Shown here: one piece after another, positions 43,194-53,326 of the stretch
How positions within the stretch are numbered: the first letter of the stretch is position 1
Layout of the letters: the number at the start of each line of letters is the position of its first letter
Source of the DNA: an uncultured bacterium
Lineage (GTDB): Bacteria; Patescibacteriota; Minisyncoccia; Phycocordibacterales; PALSA-1337
DNA length: 64,000 bases
Direction of reading: 5' to 3'
Assembly (NCBI GenBank): GCA_963851055.1
Contig: CAWKMY010000006.1
Span: 142,965 to 206,964 of the forward strand
The notes under the pieces: model-generated
Seen by the model: the letters and a program-made list of their open reading frames with translations, nothing else
The model's database searches: none
What the model was told of the DNA's origin: nothing
Position numbers and translations under genes: made by a program

Positions 43194-44978
43194 ATGAAAC
43201 AAGAGCTTTTAGAGCATGTTAAAAAAGCGGCTTCGGGCCTAGGAATAGATCCCGCTTCAGTTGCCATTGATTATCCTGAAAACCCAGACCATGGCGGTTT
43301 CTCGACCAACGTTGCTTTGGCTAATGCGAAAGCGCTGAAAATAAATCCGCGTGCTTTGGCGGAGAAGATTGTAGCTGAATTGAAGTCGGCCGGATCAAAA
43401 AAGGCCATGCCGGAATTCATAGAGTCGGTTGAGATAGCCGGAGCAGGGTTCATTAACTTCAAAGTGAAAGATGCTGAGATTGCCAAAGCGGCCATAGGTC
43501 CGACCTCCACAGGTCCGACCTCCGCAAAAGGCGATATCCTCATCGAATACACCGACCCGAATATCTTCAAAGTCTTCCATATCGGCCATCTCATGTCGAA
43601 TGCCATAGGGGAATCCTTGTCTCGTCTCATCGAGTCATCGGGCTCGAAAGTCATACGACTCTGTTATCCGTCTGACATAGGCTTACACATTGCCAAGTCT
43701 ATTTGGGCTATGCAAAAACATGCGGATGAGATTCCGCCTGATAACACTTCCATCCAAAAAAAGACTGATTTCCTCGGGAGAATGTATGTAGAGGGCGTTC
43801 AGGCTTACGAATCCAATCAATTGATCAATCCCGGGGTCACGGCGAGAGACGATATAGATGCCTTGAATGAGATCATTTATGAGAAGACAAGCCCGGCTGT
43901 AAACGCGTTTTACGAGAAGGGTAAACAATGGAGCTTGGAGCACTTTGGTTTGCTTTATGAGCGTCTAGGCACGAAATTTGAAGCCACTATATTCGAGAGC
44001 GATATGGCACCGATCGGCCTCGCTATCGTCCGTGACTTTGCCGGCAAAAGCGGTGAAAGCGAAAGTGCCATATTCGAAGAGAGCGAGGGAGCTATCGTTT
44101 TCAAAGGAGAAAAATATGGACTGCATACGCGCGTCTTCATAAACTCGCATGGTCTTCCTACTTATGAAGCCAAAGAAATGGGATTGAACACCACTAAGTT
44201 TAAAAAATATCCTGATACGAGCAAGTCTATCGTCGTAACTGCCAATGAGCAGAATGAATATTTCAAAGTGGTCATCAAAGCTCTTTCGCTCATAGACGAT
44301 AATGTCGGTGCAAAGACCATGCATATCGGCCACGGAATGATGAGATTTCAGTCCGGCAAAATGTCATCGCGCACAGGAAATGTTATAACGGCAGAGGCGC
44401 TCATTGATGATATGAAGAAGCTTGTCATCGAAAAGATTTCCAGTCATGATGTTTCAGCAAAGGTATTTTCTCCAGAGGAAATAAATGAAATATCCGACCA
44501 GGTCGCTATTGCCGCCATCAAATATACGATCTTGCGCCAGGCTGTCGGTGGTGATGTCATATTCGATTCGGCTAAATCAATTTCATTCGAAGGGGATTCA
44601 GGTCCGTATCTGCAATATTCTGCGGTGCGCGCGGCGGCGGTGTTGGAGAAGGCGAAGAAAGAGGGGATTGGGAATAAGAAGCAGGAAGCAGGAAGCAAGG
44701 AGAAAATCGTATTGCCGGAAAAAGTCGGTCTTCTCGAGAAACTTCTTATCAGATTTCCGGATATCGTCGCTCGCGCCAGGGCAGAATATGCTCCACAGCA
44801 TGTGGCCACTTATCTCATCAATCTCGCCGGCGCTTTCAATAGCTTCTACGGCAATGAGACCATCGTGGACGCCAAAGATCCTATGTCGCCATATCGTTTG
44901 GCGTTGACGCGCGCTTTTCTTGAGACCATGACTAGTGGATTGTGGCTACTCGGGATAAAGGTGCCGGAGAAGATGTGA
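43194..44978 (+). CDS. argS: Arginine--tRNA ligase
   Basis: A class I HIGH-type motif (FHIGHLMSN), the MSSR-type loop (GKMSSRTGN) and the anticodon-binding C-terminus. Confidence 0.95.
   Translation: MKQELLEHVKKAASGLGIDPASVAIDYPENPDHGGFSTNVALANAKALKINPRALAEKIVAELKSAGSKKAMPEFIESVEIAGAGFINFKVKDAEIAKAAIGPTSTGPTSAKGDILIEYTDPNIFKVFHIGHLMSNAIGESLSRLIESSGSKVIRLCYPSDIGLHIAKSIWAMQKHADEIPPDNTSIQKKTDFLGRMYVEGVQAYESNQLINPGVTARDDIDALNEIIYEKTSPAVNAFYEKGKQWSLEHFGLLYERLGTKFEATIFESDMAPIGLAIVRDFAGKSGESESAIFEESEGAIVFKGEKYGLHTRVFINSHGLPTYEAKEMGLNTTKFKKYPDTSKSIVVTANEQNEYFKVVIKALSLIDDNVGAKTMHIGHGMMRFQSGKMSSRTGNVITAEALIDDMKKLVIEKISSHDVSAKVFSPEEINEISDQVAIAAIKYTILRQAVGGDVIFDSAKSISFEGDSGPYLQYSAVRAAAVLEKAKKEGIGNKKQEAGSKEKIVLPEKVGLLEKLLIRFPDIVARARAEYAPQHVATYLINLAGAFNSFYGNETIVDAKDPMSPYRLALTRAFLETMTSGLWLLGIKVPEKM
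43497..43526 (+). repeat. 15-nt in-frame tandem duplication inside argS
   Basis: GGTCCGACCTCCACA and GGTCCGACCTCCGCA sit back to back, encoding GPTST-GPTSA. Confidence 0.8.
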
Positions 44979-45067
44979 TCGGGTACAATCACCTACTGGG
45001 TAGGGTTGACAAATATCATACCTTTGTTAGTATAACGGTATTAATCGTCATATAACCTTTTATCATC

Positions 45068-45340
45068 ATGGACACTACTCTAACTATCAAAACTAATGGC
45101 ACTTTGCGCCGAGAAGCCAAGGATCTCGCCGGTGAATTGGGCGTCACCCTGACGGCTGTCGTGAATGCCTTTCTCAGACAATTCGTGCGCGAGAGGAAAT
45201 TCTCGGTCTCCGCGGAATCGATGCCGACAAAGAGGAAGATGGCTATTCTAGAAAAGATAAGCCGTGAGATGGATGAAGGAAAAAATTCCTCAAAAGCCTT
45301 TTCCGACCTCGATAGTCTCTTTACCCATCTCAAGATCTGA
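45068..45340 (+). CDS. RelB/DinJ-family antitoxin (paralog of 15420..15695)
   Basis: MDTTLTIKTNGTLRREAKDLAGELGVTLTAVVNAFLRQF shows the same pattern as the other two DinJ-like genes. Confidence 0.65.
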   Translation: MDTTLTIKTNGTLRREAKDLAGELGVTLTAVVNAFLRQFVRERKFSVSAESMPTKRKMAILEKISREMDEGKNSSKAFSDLDSLFTHLKI

Positions 45341-45342
45341 AT

Positions 45343-45606
45343 ATGGTCATCGTCACCAGTCGCAATTTCGATAAGGAGACGGCAAGATTGCCGTTGAAGA
45401 TCAAGAGCCCTCTTCGCGAGCGGTTGGAAATATTCAAGGTTGACCCTTATGCTAGGGTACTTAATAATCATCGGTTGCACGGATCGCTCCGGCATTATAG
45501 GAGCATAAAAATAACCGGCGATTATCGTCTGATATACGAAGAATATGATGAGGCGACAGTGCGTCTAATCGATATAGGCAGACACGGACGGATTTATGGA
45601 AAGTGA
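45343..45606 (+). CDS. YafQ/RelE-family toxin
   Basis: NNHRLHGSLRHYRSIKITGDYRLIY...IGRHGRIY. Confidence 0.7.
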   Translation: MVIVTSRNFDKETARLPLKIKSPLRERLEIFKVDPYARVLNNHRLHGSLRHYRSIKITGDYRLIYEEYDEATVRLIDIGRHGRIYGK

Positions 45607-45631
45607 CGGAAAATGCTAGAATAGCTCCATT

Positions 45632-48600
45632 ATGGAAGAGAATAAGCCTCTCAAGAGCCCACATGCTATACGCGAAGAGCGCATTTTGGCTTTCTGGAAG
45701 GAGAAGGATATCTTCAATAAAAGCCTCAATAAAGCCTCGACAAAGGGAGAATTTGTCTTTTACGAAGGCCCGCCTACGGCCAATGGTCGTCCAGGCATAC
45801 ATCACATCGAGCCTCGCGCTTTCAAGGATGCTATCCCGCGCTATCGGACGATGCGTGGCTATCATGTTCGCCGCAAAGGAGGCTGGGACACTCACGGTCT
45901 GCCAGTCGAACTTCAAGTTGAAAAACAACTTGGTCTAAAATCGAAAAAGGAAATAGATACTTATGGCATAGAGAAATTCAATGAGAAATGCAAAGAGAGC
46001 GTCTGGACATATGTCCATGAGTGGGAGGATTTTACTAACCGCATGGGATATTGGGTGGATCTTAAAGATCCCTATATCACTTATAAGCCCGATTATATGG
46101 AATCGGTTTGGAATGTTATCAAGACCGCTGACGAGAAAGGTTTGCTCTACAAGGATTACAAAGTAGTGCCGTGGTGTCCGCGATGTGGTACGGGCCTTTC
46201 TTCACATGAATTGGCGCAGGGATATGAGGATGTGAAGGATCTTTCCGTTTACGTGAAGTTCAAGGTGAAGTCTGGCCAAAAAATCGGTGATTTTGTCACG
46301 GATGACAAGACTTTTTTTCTGGCGTGGACAACTACTCCGTGGACTTTGCCTGGGAATGTCGGGTTGGCGGTGGGTAAACAAATCGATTACTGCACAGTAA
46401 GGCCAGCAGATGGTGGCGACACCTTGATACTTGCAAAGCAACGTTTGCAATACATGCCAATCGATAAACCGCAGGGCGTACATGATACTTTTAAAGGCTC
46501 CGACTTGGTCGGCCTCTTATACGAACCTCTCTATCCATTTGAAAAAGATAATATTACTGGTGCCGAAAAAGAAAAGCTCACCAATGCTTTCAAAGTCTAT
46601 GTCGCTGATTTCGTCACGACCGCCGATGGAACGGGTATCGTCCACATCGCACCTATGTACGGTCAGGATGACTTCGAGCTTGGCACCAAAGTTGGTTTGC
46701 CGAAATATCACCTAGTCAATGACGATGGCACTTTCAAGAAAGAGACAGACTTCCTGGCTGGCAAATTTGTGAAAGATGAAGCCACTGATGTTGAGATCAT
46801 CAAAGACCTCGCGCATCGCGGTTTGCTTTTCCATAAGGAGAAATACGCCCACAGCTATCCTCATTGCTGGCGATGCCACACACCACTCATTTATTTCGCT
46901 CGCGATTCCTGGTATATACGCATGTCGGAGTTGAGACATAAGCTGGTCAAAGAGAATGAAGGCATCAATTGGGAACCTGCTCATATAAAAGAAGGCCGTT
47001 TCGGCGAATGGCTCCGAGAAGCCAAGGATTGGGCCATTTCCCGCGAGCGATATTGGGGTACGCCTCTGCCGGTGTGGATATGCGAGAAGTGTGGGGAGAA
47101 GAAAGTGGTTGGATCGGTAGCGGATGTCTCAAAGAAGCCGAGAAATACTTATTATGTCATGCGGCATGGGGAGGCCGAAAGCAATATCAGCGATGTATGG
47201 AGTGGTAACCCAAAGTCGTCTAATCATCTAACTGAAAAGGGTAGGAAACAGGTCAGCGAATCCGCGAAGTCATTTAAGGGCTCTAAGCCTGATCTTATAT
47301 TCACGTCTCCTTTTATCCGCACAAAGGAAACTGCGGGGATTGTGAAGTCATCCCCTGGATTTGAAGGCGCGAAGATAGTCGAATATTCTAGTTTAGGGGA
47401 AATGGGTGTTGGGAGATACGACGGAATGAAAGGATCAGAATTCACCAAAATTTTTCCTCTGCAGAATCGCTTTGGGAAAGCTCCCGAAGGAGTAGAAAAC
47501 TATTTCGACATAAAGAAAAGATTGGCTAGCTTACTCGATGAATTGGAATCTACTTATTCGGATAAGACGATATTTCTTGTTACTCATGGCGCTCCAGCCA
47601 TGCTTCTTGAGGCGATTTGTAAAAAATTTGAACAAGAGCAATTTCTAAAATATGAAGAGAGTTCATACATAAACAATGCAGAAATTCGTAAACTCGACCT
47701 TTGCATAATTCCTCACAATCATTTATACGAACTCGACTTGCATCGTCCATTCATAGATGAGGTCAGATTGCCGTGCGCCTGTGGGGGTGAGATGAAGCGC
47801 GTAAAGGAGGTTATGGACGTCTGGTTCGACTCTGGCGCTATGCCGTTCGCGGAGGATCATTATCCTTTTGAGAATAAAAAGCTGATTGACAACAGTCTGT
47901 TCAGAAAAGCTAAGGGTTATCCGGCTGATTTTATTTCCGAAGCTATCGATCAGACTCGCGGCTGGTTCTACACATTGCACGCCATTGGCACCATCATGGG
48001 CAAAGGTAAGGCCTTTAAGAATGTTATTTGTCTAGGGCATATTCTGGACAGCCAAGGAAAGAAGATGTCCAAGTCTATCGGCAATGTTGTCGATCCGTGG
48101 ATCATGATGGATAAATATGGCGCCGACGCTCTGCGTTTCTGGATGTATTCGGTCAATCAGCCCGGAGATTCAAAGAATTTCGATGAGAAGACCGTTGATG
48201 AGATTATCAAAAAAGTTTTCAATCTGGCGGCCAATGTGGCGTCGTTCTACCGGATGTACGCGGGAGAAAGAGCTAGGATTTGGGAGTTGGAAGTTGGAAG
48301 AGAATCGCAAAATATTCTAGACCGTTGGATCATCGCCAGGCTGAATCAGTTGGTCGCTAATGTCACCGTAAATCTCGACGATTTCGTTCTGCTCGAGCCG
48401 ACTCGCGCTATACGCGACTTTATTGCCGATCTTTCGCAATGGTATCTTCGACGTTCGCGCGACAGGTTCAAAGAAGATGATAGTGGCGCATTGAAATCTG
48501 CGGACCTGCCTGCCGGCAGGCACGGTAAACAGGCAGCATTGGCTACGACAAAATATGTATTGCTCACTTTGGCCAAAGTTATGGCACCATTTACGCCGTT

Positions 48601-49129
48601 CTTCGCCGAAGAATTATATCTGGATGTTGGTGGCGAGAAAGAGAGCGTGCATCTGGAAGATTGGCCGACTGGTGGAAAAGTCGATAGCCGGCTTTTGAAA
48701 GACATGGAATCCGTGCGGACGCTTTCCTCAAAAGGCCTTGAAGCTCGCATGGCTGCCAAATTGAATGTCCGCCAGCCTCTATCGAAACTGTCGGTAAACA
48801 AATCATTTACCGGAACGTTGTCAGGTGAACTTATTGATTTGATCAAGGATGAAGTTAATGTCAAAGGAGTCGTATTCAACGCTTCTATAGAAAAAGAAGT
48901 GGAGCTGGATACTTCTATAACCGCTGCCCTCAAAGAAGAAGGCGACTTGCGCGAACTTCTCCGCAAGATTCAGGATTTGCGCAAGGAAAAAGGATTGAAT
49001 GTCGGCGATAAAACTTCACTCATTGTGCCCGCTGAATTGAAATCGCTCACAGATAAATACGTTGTTGAAATAAAAAAAGCCACTAGTCTTACAGGTATTG
49101 AAATTGGCGATACCTTGAAGCTCATATGA
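45632..49129 (+). CDS. ileS: Isoleucine--tRNA ligase (type 2) carrying an inserted domain
   Basis: HIGH-type motif PPTANGRPGIHH, KMSKS, a CP1 editing domain, and split zinc knuckles CEKCG / CACGG. At 1165 aa it is unusually long. Confidence 0.95.
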   Translation: MEENKPLKSPHAIREERILAFWKEKDIFNKSLNKASTKGEFVFYEGPPTANGRPGIHHIEPRAFKDAIPRYRTMRGYHVRRKGGWDTHGLPVELQVEKQLGLKSKKEIDTYGIEKFNEKCKESVWTYVHEWEDFTNRMGYWVDLKDPYITYKPDYMESVWNVIKTADEKGLLYKDYKVVPWCPRCGTGLSSHELAQGYEDVKDLSVYVKFKVKSGQKIGDFVTDDKTFFLAWTTTPWTLPGNVGLAVGKQIDYCTVRPADGGDTLILAKQRLQYMPIDKPQGVHDTFKGSDLVGLLYEPLYPFEKDNITGAEKEKLTNAFKVYVADFVTTADGTGIVHIAPMYGQDDFELGTKVGLPKYHLVNDDGTFKKETDFLAGKFVKDEATDVEIIKDLAHRGLLFHKEKYAHSYPHCWRCHTPLIYFARDSWYIRMSELRHKLVKENEGINWEPAHIKEGRFGEWLREAKDWAISRERYWGTPLPVWICEKCGEKKVVGSVADVSKKPRNTYYVMRHGEAESNISDVWSGNPKSSNHLTEKGRKQVSESAKSFKGSKPDLIFTSPFIRTKETAGIVKSSPGFEGAKIVEYSSLGEMGVGRYDGMKGSEFTKIFPLQNRFGKAPEGVENYFDIKKRLASLLDELESTYSDKTIFLVTHGAPAMLLEAICKKFEQEQFLKYEESSYINNAEIRKLDLCIIPHNHLYELDLHRPFIDEVRLPCACGGEMKRVKEVMDVWFDSGAMPFAEDHYPFENKKLIDNSLFRKAKGYPADFISEAIDQTRGWFYTLHAIGTIMGKGKAFKNVICLGHILDSQGKKMSKSIGNVVDPWIMMDKYGADALRFWMYSVNQPGDSKNFDEKTVDEIIKKVFNLAANVASFYRMYAGERARIWELEVGRESQNILDRWIIARLNQLVANVTVNLDDFVLLEPTRAIRDFIADLSQWYLRRSRDRFKEDDSGALKSADLPAGRHGKQAALATTKYVLLTLAKVMAPFTPFFAEELYLDVGGEKESVHLEDWPTGGKVDSRLLKDMESVRTLSSKGLEARMAAKLNVRQPLSKLSVNKSFTGTLSGELIDLIKDEVNVKGVVFNASIEKEVELDTSITAALKEEGDLRELLRKIQDLRKEKGLNVGDKTSLIVPAELKSLTDKYVVEIKKATSLTGIEIGDTLKLI
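47141..47734 (+). other. Histidine-phosphatase (PGAM-like) domain embedded in-frame within IleRS
   Basis: The ordered landmarks are RHGEAESN, LTEKGRKQ, SPFIRTKETA, GEMGVGRYDGMKGSEF and LVTHGAP. They lie between the two halves of the IleRS zinc-binding region. Confidence 0.7.
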
Positions 49130-49134
49130 TGGTT

Positions 49135-49181
49135 CTCCCACACTCCCAACTCCCAACTCCCAACTTCTAACTCCTAACTCT
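49135..49181 (+). repeat. Heptanucleotide tandem repeat (CTCCCAA-type, about 6.5 units) filling the ileS-recO spacer
   Basis: The run reads CTCCCAC-A, then CTCCCAA x3, CTTCTAA, CTCCTAA, CTCT, ending directly at the recO ATG. Confidence 0.8.
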
Positions 49182-49790
49182 ATGCACGCCATCTATACCA
49201 CTCCCGGCTTCATCATCGGCTCGCGCCCGTCCGGAGAGGCGGGGAAACTCATTTCTGTCTTCACCAGAGATCTCGGTCTAGTTTTTGCTTCTGCCCAAGG
49301 CATACGATTCGAAAAGTCCAAGCTGCGCCCATTCACGCAGGACTATTCATTCGGACAATTCTCTTTCGTCAGAGGCAAAGAGTATTGGCGGTTGACGAGT
49401 GCAAATGATAATACAAATAGAGATAATCCGAATCTGCAAATATATCCGAATTCTACAAATGAAAAACAGGTGCTAATAGCGCGTGTCGCTTCATTGCTTG
49501 AGCGTCTGCTACACGGCGAAGAGGCGAACCCTGGATTATTCGATTGTATTGAAAATGTGAATAGATTCTTGAAAGATCCAGTGAATTTGAATCCCGAGGA
49601 ACTCCAAATATTAGAATCATTGGTCGTTACCCGTATATTGAACAAGCTTGGCTATATCGGGGATGTGGCAGAATTGAATTATAGCATTCAATCGGCCGAA
49701 TTATCTGTCGACTTGCTGAATAATCTGAAAGGAAAGCGTATGATCATAAATCAGCACATAAACAAAGCCCTGAAAGAATCGCATCTATAG
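49182..49790 (+). CDS. recO: DNA repair protein RecO
   Basis: The N-terminal OB-fold pattern (TPGFIIGSRPSGEAGKLISVFTRDLGLV) and a helical C-terminus. Confidence 0.7.
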   Translation: MHAIYTTPGFIIGSRPSGEAGKLISVFTRDLGLVFASAQGIRFEKSKLRPFTQDYSFGQFSFVRGKEYWRLTSANDNTNRDNPNLQIYPNSTNEKQVLIARVASLLERLLHGEEANPGLFDCIENVNRFLKDPVNLNPEELQILESLVVTRILNKLGYIGDVAELNYSIQSAELSVDLLNNLKGKRMIINQHINKALKESHL

Positions 49791-49841
49791 CGGATATCCG
49801 ACTATCTATAGCGCTTACGCGGTGAGACATTTCATTGTAGA

Positions 49842-51795
49842 ATGATAGGGATGCCACCAGATGACGATAAAAATCGCCTTGAAGAATTGAAAAAGTCGCT
49901 CTATTCCCGGAGCGCTCCTGATGTTCGGACAAGGCGCAAATTGCGCTTCTCGGAAGCACCGACAGGAGATGTCAAAAGTGCTTGGGAAGAGCCGAAAGAA
50001 ACAGAAAATCAACCGCATTTGAACGACGCGTACGAAGATCATTCAATGTCATTTTTCACCAAACTCCTCATAGCGTCGGTGATCTTTTGCGTCATAGCGG
50101 TTGGCATCGGGGCTTACCTTTTTCTGAACGGGTCAAACCTCGTTTCGGGCAACAACATAGACATATCGATAAGCGGCCCGGTCTCAATACCAGGCGGGGA
50201 ACCGGTCTCATTCGGCATCAAGGTGACCAACAATAACAATGTCGGTCTCCAATTAGTCGACATGTCCGTAGCTTTTCCGGCTGGTGCCACAGATCCCAAT
50301 GATTCGACCAAAGCCCTAAGCACCCATGAACAGCTTCTAGGAGACATGCCGTCCGGAGCAGCTACGTCCACTTCTGTCTCCGCCATCATATTCGGTGAGG
50401 AGAATACACAAAAGGAGATCACGGTGACTTTGACTTATTCGATCAACGGCTCGTCGGCGGTATTCACAAAACAGCAGACTTACGACGTCTTGATTAATTC
50501 TTCGCCGATCACCGTATCCGTATCTTCATTCTCCTCCATCACCTCCGGGCAATCTTTCGACATGACGGTAAATTTGAAGTCCAATTCCCAGGATACTTTG
50601 AAGAACGTCATCCTCAAAGCCCAATATCCATTCGGTTACACCTTCACTTCATCAAATCTTACCTCCATTGTCTGATAATGCCACTTGGAAGATAGGGGAT
50701 ATACCGCCAGGCGGATCGCAGTCGATAATTATTCACGGCACTTTGCTGGGCGAAGACACCGATGTTCGGGCTTTCCATTTCTCTGTTGGGGCCGAGAGCT
50801 CCGGCAACGCGGCCATTATAGGAACCGAATACGGCATGGTCGAGCAGGATATGACCATAGAGAAGCCTTTTATAAGCCTGGGATTGGTCATCGACGGAGA
50901 TTCCAATACCGGAGCCCACGTGGGGGCTTTCAATCAAGCAGAAAGGGTGACGGTCACATGGTTCAACAATCTGCCGACCGCGGTATCCGATGTCATCATC
51001 ACTGCCAAGTTGTCCGGTTCCGCTTATGACAAGACCAAAGTCCAGCCGGATGGCAGCTACTTCGATTCGGCCAACGACCAAATCATATGGAATCCGCAGA
51101 CAAATCCGGAACTCGCCTCGGTCATGGCCGGTGGTAGCGGCACTTTGTCATTCATCATAACGCCGGCAGACCTCGGCACGTCGGCTAGTCCTATCATTAA
51201 CCCGGTCATATCCGTTTCCGCCAACGTATCGGCTAATCGTACGCAGGAGTCAGGAGTCTCCGGCATTTTGTCGGCGGCACAGAGCCGTACTATCGAGGTG
51301 GCCTCGAACTTGGCTCTTTCAGGACGTCTGGTCCATTCGGTCGGTCCGTTCACCAATACCGGTCCTATACCGCCAAAAGTCGAGCAGAAGACTACTTATA
51401 CGGTGATCTGGACGATAGGCAATACTTCCAATGTTGCCGACAACGCGGAGGTCACGGCCACATTGCCTCCGTACGTCTCATGGCTCGGCAATGTCAGTCC
51501 TTCCACGGAGAATATAACTTATGACAAGAATAGCGGTACGGTAACCTGGAGCGCCGGTACGGTCAGCGCCGGTACGTCGGCCAATTCCGCTAACCGCCGC
51601 GAAGTAGATTTCCAGATAGCCATCGACCCGAGCATAAACCAAGTCGGTACCGTACCGACCATGGTCAATTCCGCGACATTGAACGCAACCGATGATTTCA
51701 CCGGTTCGACTCTACAGAGCACCCAGGACTATCTTACGACGAGCTACAGCACCGACCCCGGCTTCGTAGCGGGTGATGAGACCGTGGTTCAGTAA
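49842..51795 (+). CDS. Large membrane-anchored surface protein with Ig-like (DUF11/CARDB-type) repeats, one frame break near 50660-50668
   Basis: ORFs 49842..50675 and 50668..51795 share repeat architecture. Together they read as one protein (...FTSSNLTS|LSDNATWKIGDIPPG...) after a 1-nt correction. Confidence 0.55.
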
Positions 51796-51815
51796 AGTTG
51801 TGCTAGAATGTCTCC

Positions 51816-53195
51816 ATGGAAAATCTTATCTCTCTATGCAAGCGCCGCGGTTTTATATACCAAGGGTCGGAGATTTATGGCGGTCTGGCCGGAACATGGG
51901 ATTATGGGCCATACGGCGTGGCTCTGAAGAATAATATAAAAGCACTTTGGTGGAAGCGTTTCGTGGAAGCTCGGGAAGATATGTATGGGGTGGACGCGGC
52001 TATTCTCATGAATCAGAGGACATGGGAAGCGTCAGGACACGTCGGCGGTTTTGCCGATCCATTGGTAGAGTGTTCTAAATGCAAGCATCGTTTTCGCGCC
52101 GATCAGCTCGATGCCGAAGCGACCAAGAATAAAAAATGTCCGGATTGCGGAGGCAAGCTAGGCGAGACCAAGCAATTTAATATGATGTTCAAGACGCATG
52201 TGGGTGCCGGGGAAGATACGGCCTCTGTCTCATACCTGCGTCCGGAGACTGCCCAAGGCATGTTCGTCAATTTCAAGAATATAGTCGATAGCTTCCATCC
52301 GAAGCTGCCTTTCGGCATGGCTCAGATAGGCAAGGCTTTCAGGAATGAGATAGCTCCACGCGATTTCCTTTTCCGTGCGCGCGAGTTCGAGCAGATGGAG
52401 ATAGAGTACCTGATTCGTCCACCGAAAGATGCCAAGGATACCGCATGGAAAGATACTTTCGAACATTTCGTCGGCGAGGTCCACGCATTCATCGCCGATG
52501 TTGGTCTCGATGCCGGAAAAGTCCATGAATTGGAAGTGCCTGACGGCGAGCGCGCTCATTACTCCAAGCGCACTATAGATTTCGAATTTGATTTTCCTTT
52601 CGGCAAAAAAGAATTGTATGGCCTAGCATATCGCACTGATTTTGACCTGAGACAGCATTCTGAATTCAGCAAGGTGGATCTGTCGTATTTCGACGAGGAG
52701 ACTAAAGAGAGGTTTATTCCGCATTGCATAGAGCCCTCTTTTGGCTTGGATAGGACCGTTCTGGCTGTTCTCTGCGACGCGTATAACGAAGATGATATGG
52801 GTGGCGAGAAAGGAGCAGATGATTCGGCCTCTAATGAAGCAAAGAAAGAAAAGCGCGTCTTCCTGAAATTGTCGCCGGCCGTCGCGCCGGTCAAAGTGGC
52901 GGTCTTCCCTCTGCTCAAAAATAAGCCCGAGCTGGTAAAGAAAGCTCGTGAGGTTTATGCCATGCTCAAGAAAGAGCTCGGTGTTAGCGGAGGGGCGGTG
53001 GAATTTGACGACAACGGTAACATCGGCAAGCGCTATCGCCGCCAGGACGAGATCGGCACGCCGTATTGTGTGACGGTGGATTTCGATACTATCGAAAAAG
53101 GTGCGGGTGTTACTGTGCGTGATAGGGATACTGGGAAGCAGGAGAGGGTGGGGGAGAAGGGGTTGTTAGAGTATTTGATGGAGAAAGTGAAATAA
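51816..53195 (+). CDS. glyQS: Glycine--tRNA ligase (alpha2 type)
   Basis: N-terminus RRGFIYQGSEIYGGLAGTWDYGPYG, class II motifs and the anticodon-binding domain. Confidence 0.95.
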   Translation: MENLISLCKRRGFIYQGSEIYGGLAGTWDYGPYGVALKNNIKALWWKRFVEAREDMYGVDAAILMNQRTWEASGHVGGFADPLVECSKCKHRFRADQLDAEATKNKKCPDCGGKLGETKQFNMMFKTHVGAGEDTASVSYLRPETAQGMFVNFKNIVDSFHPKLPFGMAQIGKAFRNEIAPRDFLFRAREFEQMEIEYLIRPPKDAKDTAWKDTFEHFVGEVHAFIADVGLDAGKVHELEVPDGERAHYSKRTIDFEFDFPFGKKELYGLAYRTDFDLRQHSEFSKVDLSYFDEETKERFIPHCIEPSFGLDRTVLAVLCDAYNEDDMGGEKGADDSASNEAKKEKRVFLKLSPAVAPVKVAVFPLLKNKPELVKKAREVYAMLKKELGVSGGAVEFDDNGNIGKRYRRQDEIGTPYCVTVDFDTIEKGAGVTVRDRDTGKQERVGEKGLLEYLMEKVK

Positions 53196-53270
53196 GTAGG
53201 CGGGAGAAGGGATGCAATGGGTGCAAGAAGTGGCACAAGAAGCGCGAGAGTTTATGTCTGTATGGGGGGG

Positions 53271-53326
53271 TGACGAAAATATTTCGTCAATGGCTCAAAA
53301 TAAGGGATGACGAAAAAAGTTCGTCA
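53271..53326. promoter_or_regulatory. Twin 19-bp palindromes TGACGAA-N5-TTCGTCA flanked by a G-run and a C-run
   Basis: TGACGAAAATATTTCGTCA is at 53271-53289 and TGACGAAAAAAGTTCGTCA at 53308-53326. G7 lies upstream and C5 downstream. Confidence 0.4.

Noticed and set aside
53271-53326. The twin palindromes as LexA (SOS/Cheo-type) boxes.
   Set aside because: The half-sites are CGAAA/TTTCG with a 3-nt core spacer, not CGAAC-N4-GTTCG. No similar site lies in the recA upstream region (63066-63169).
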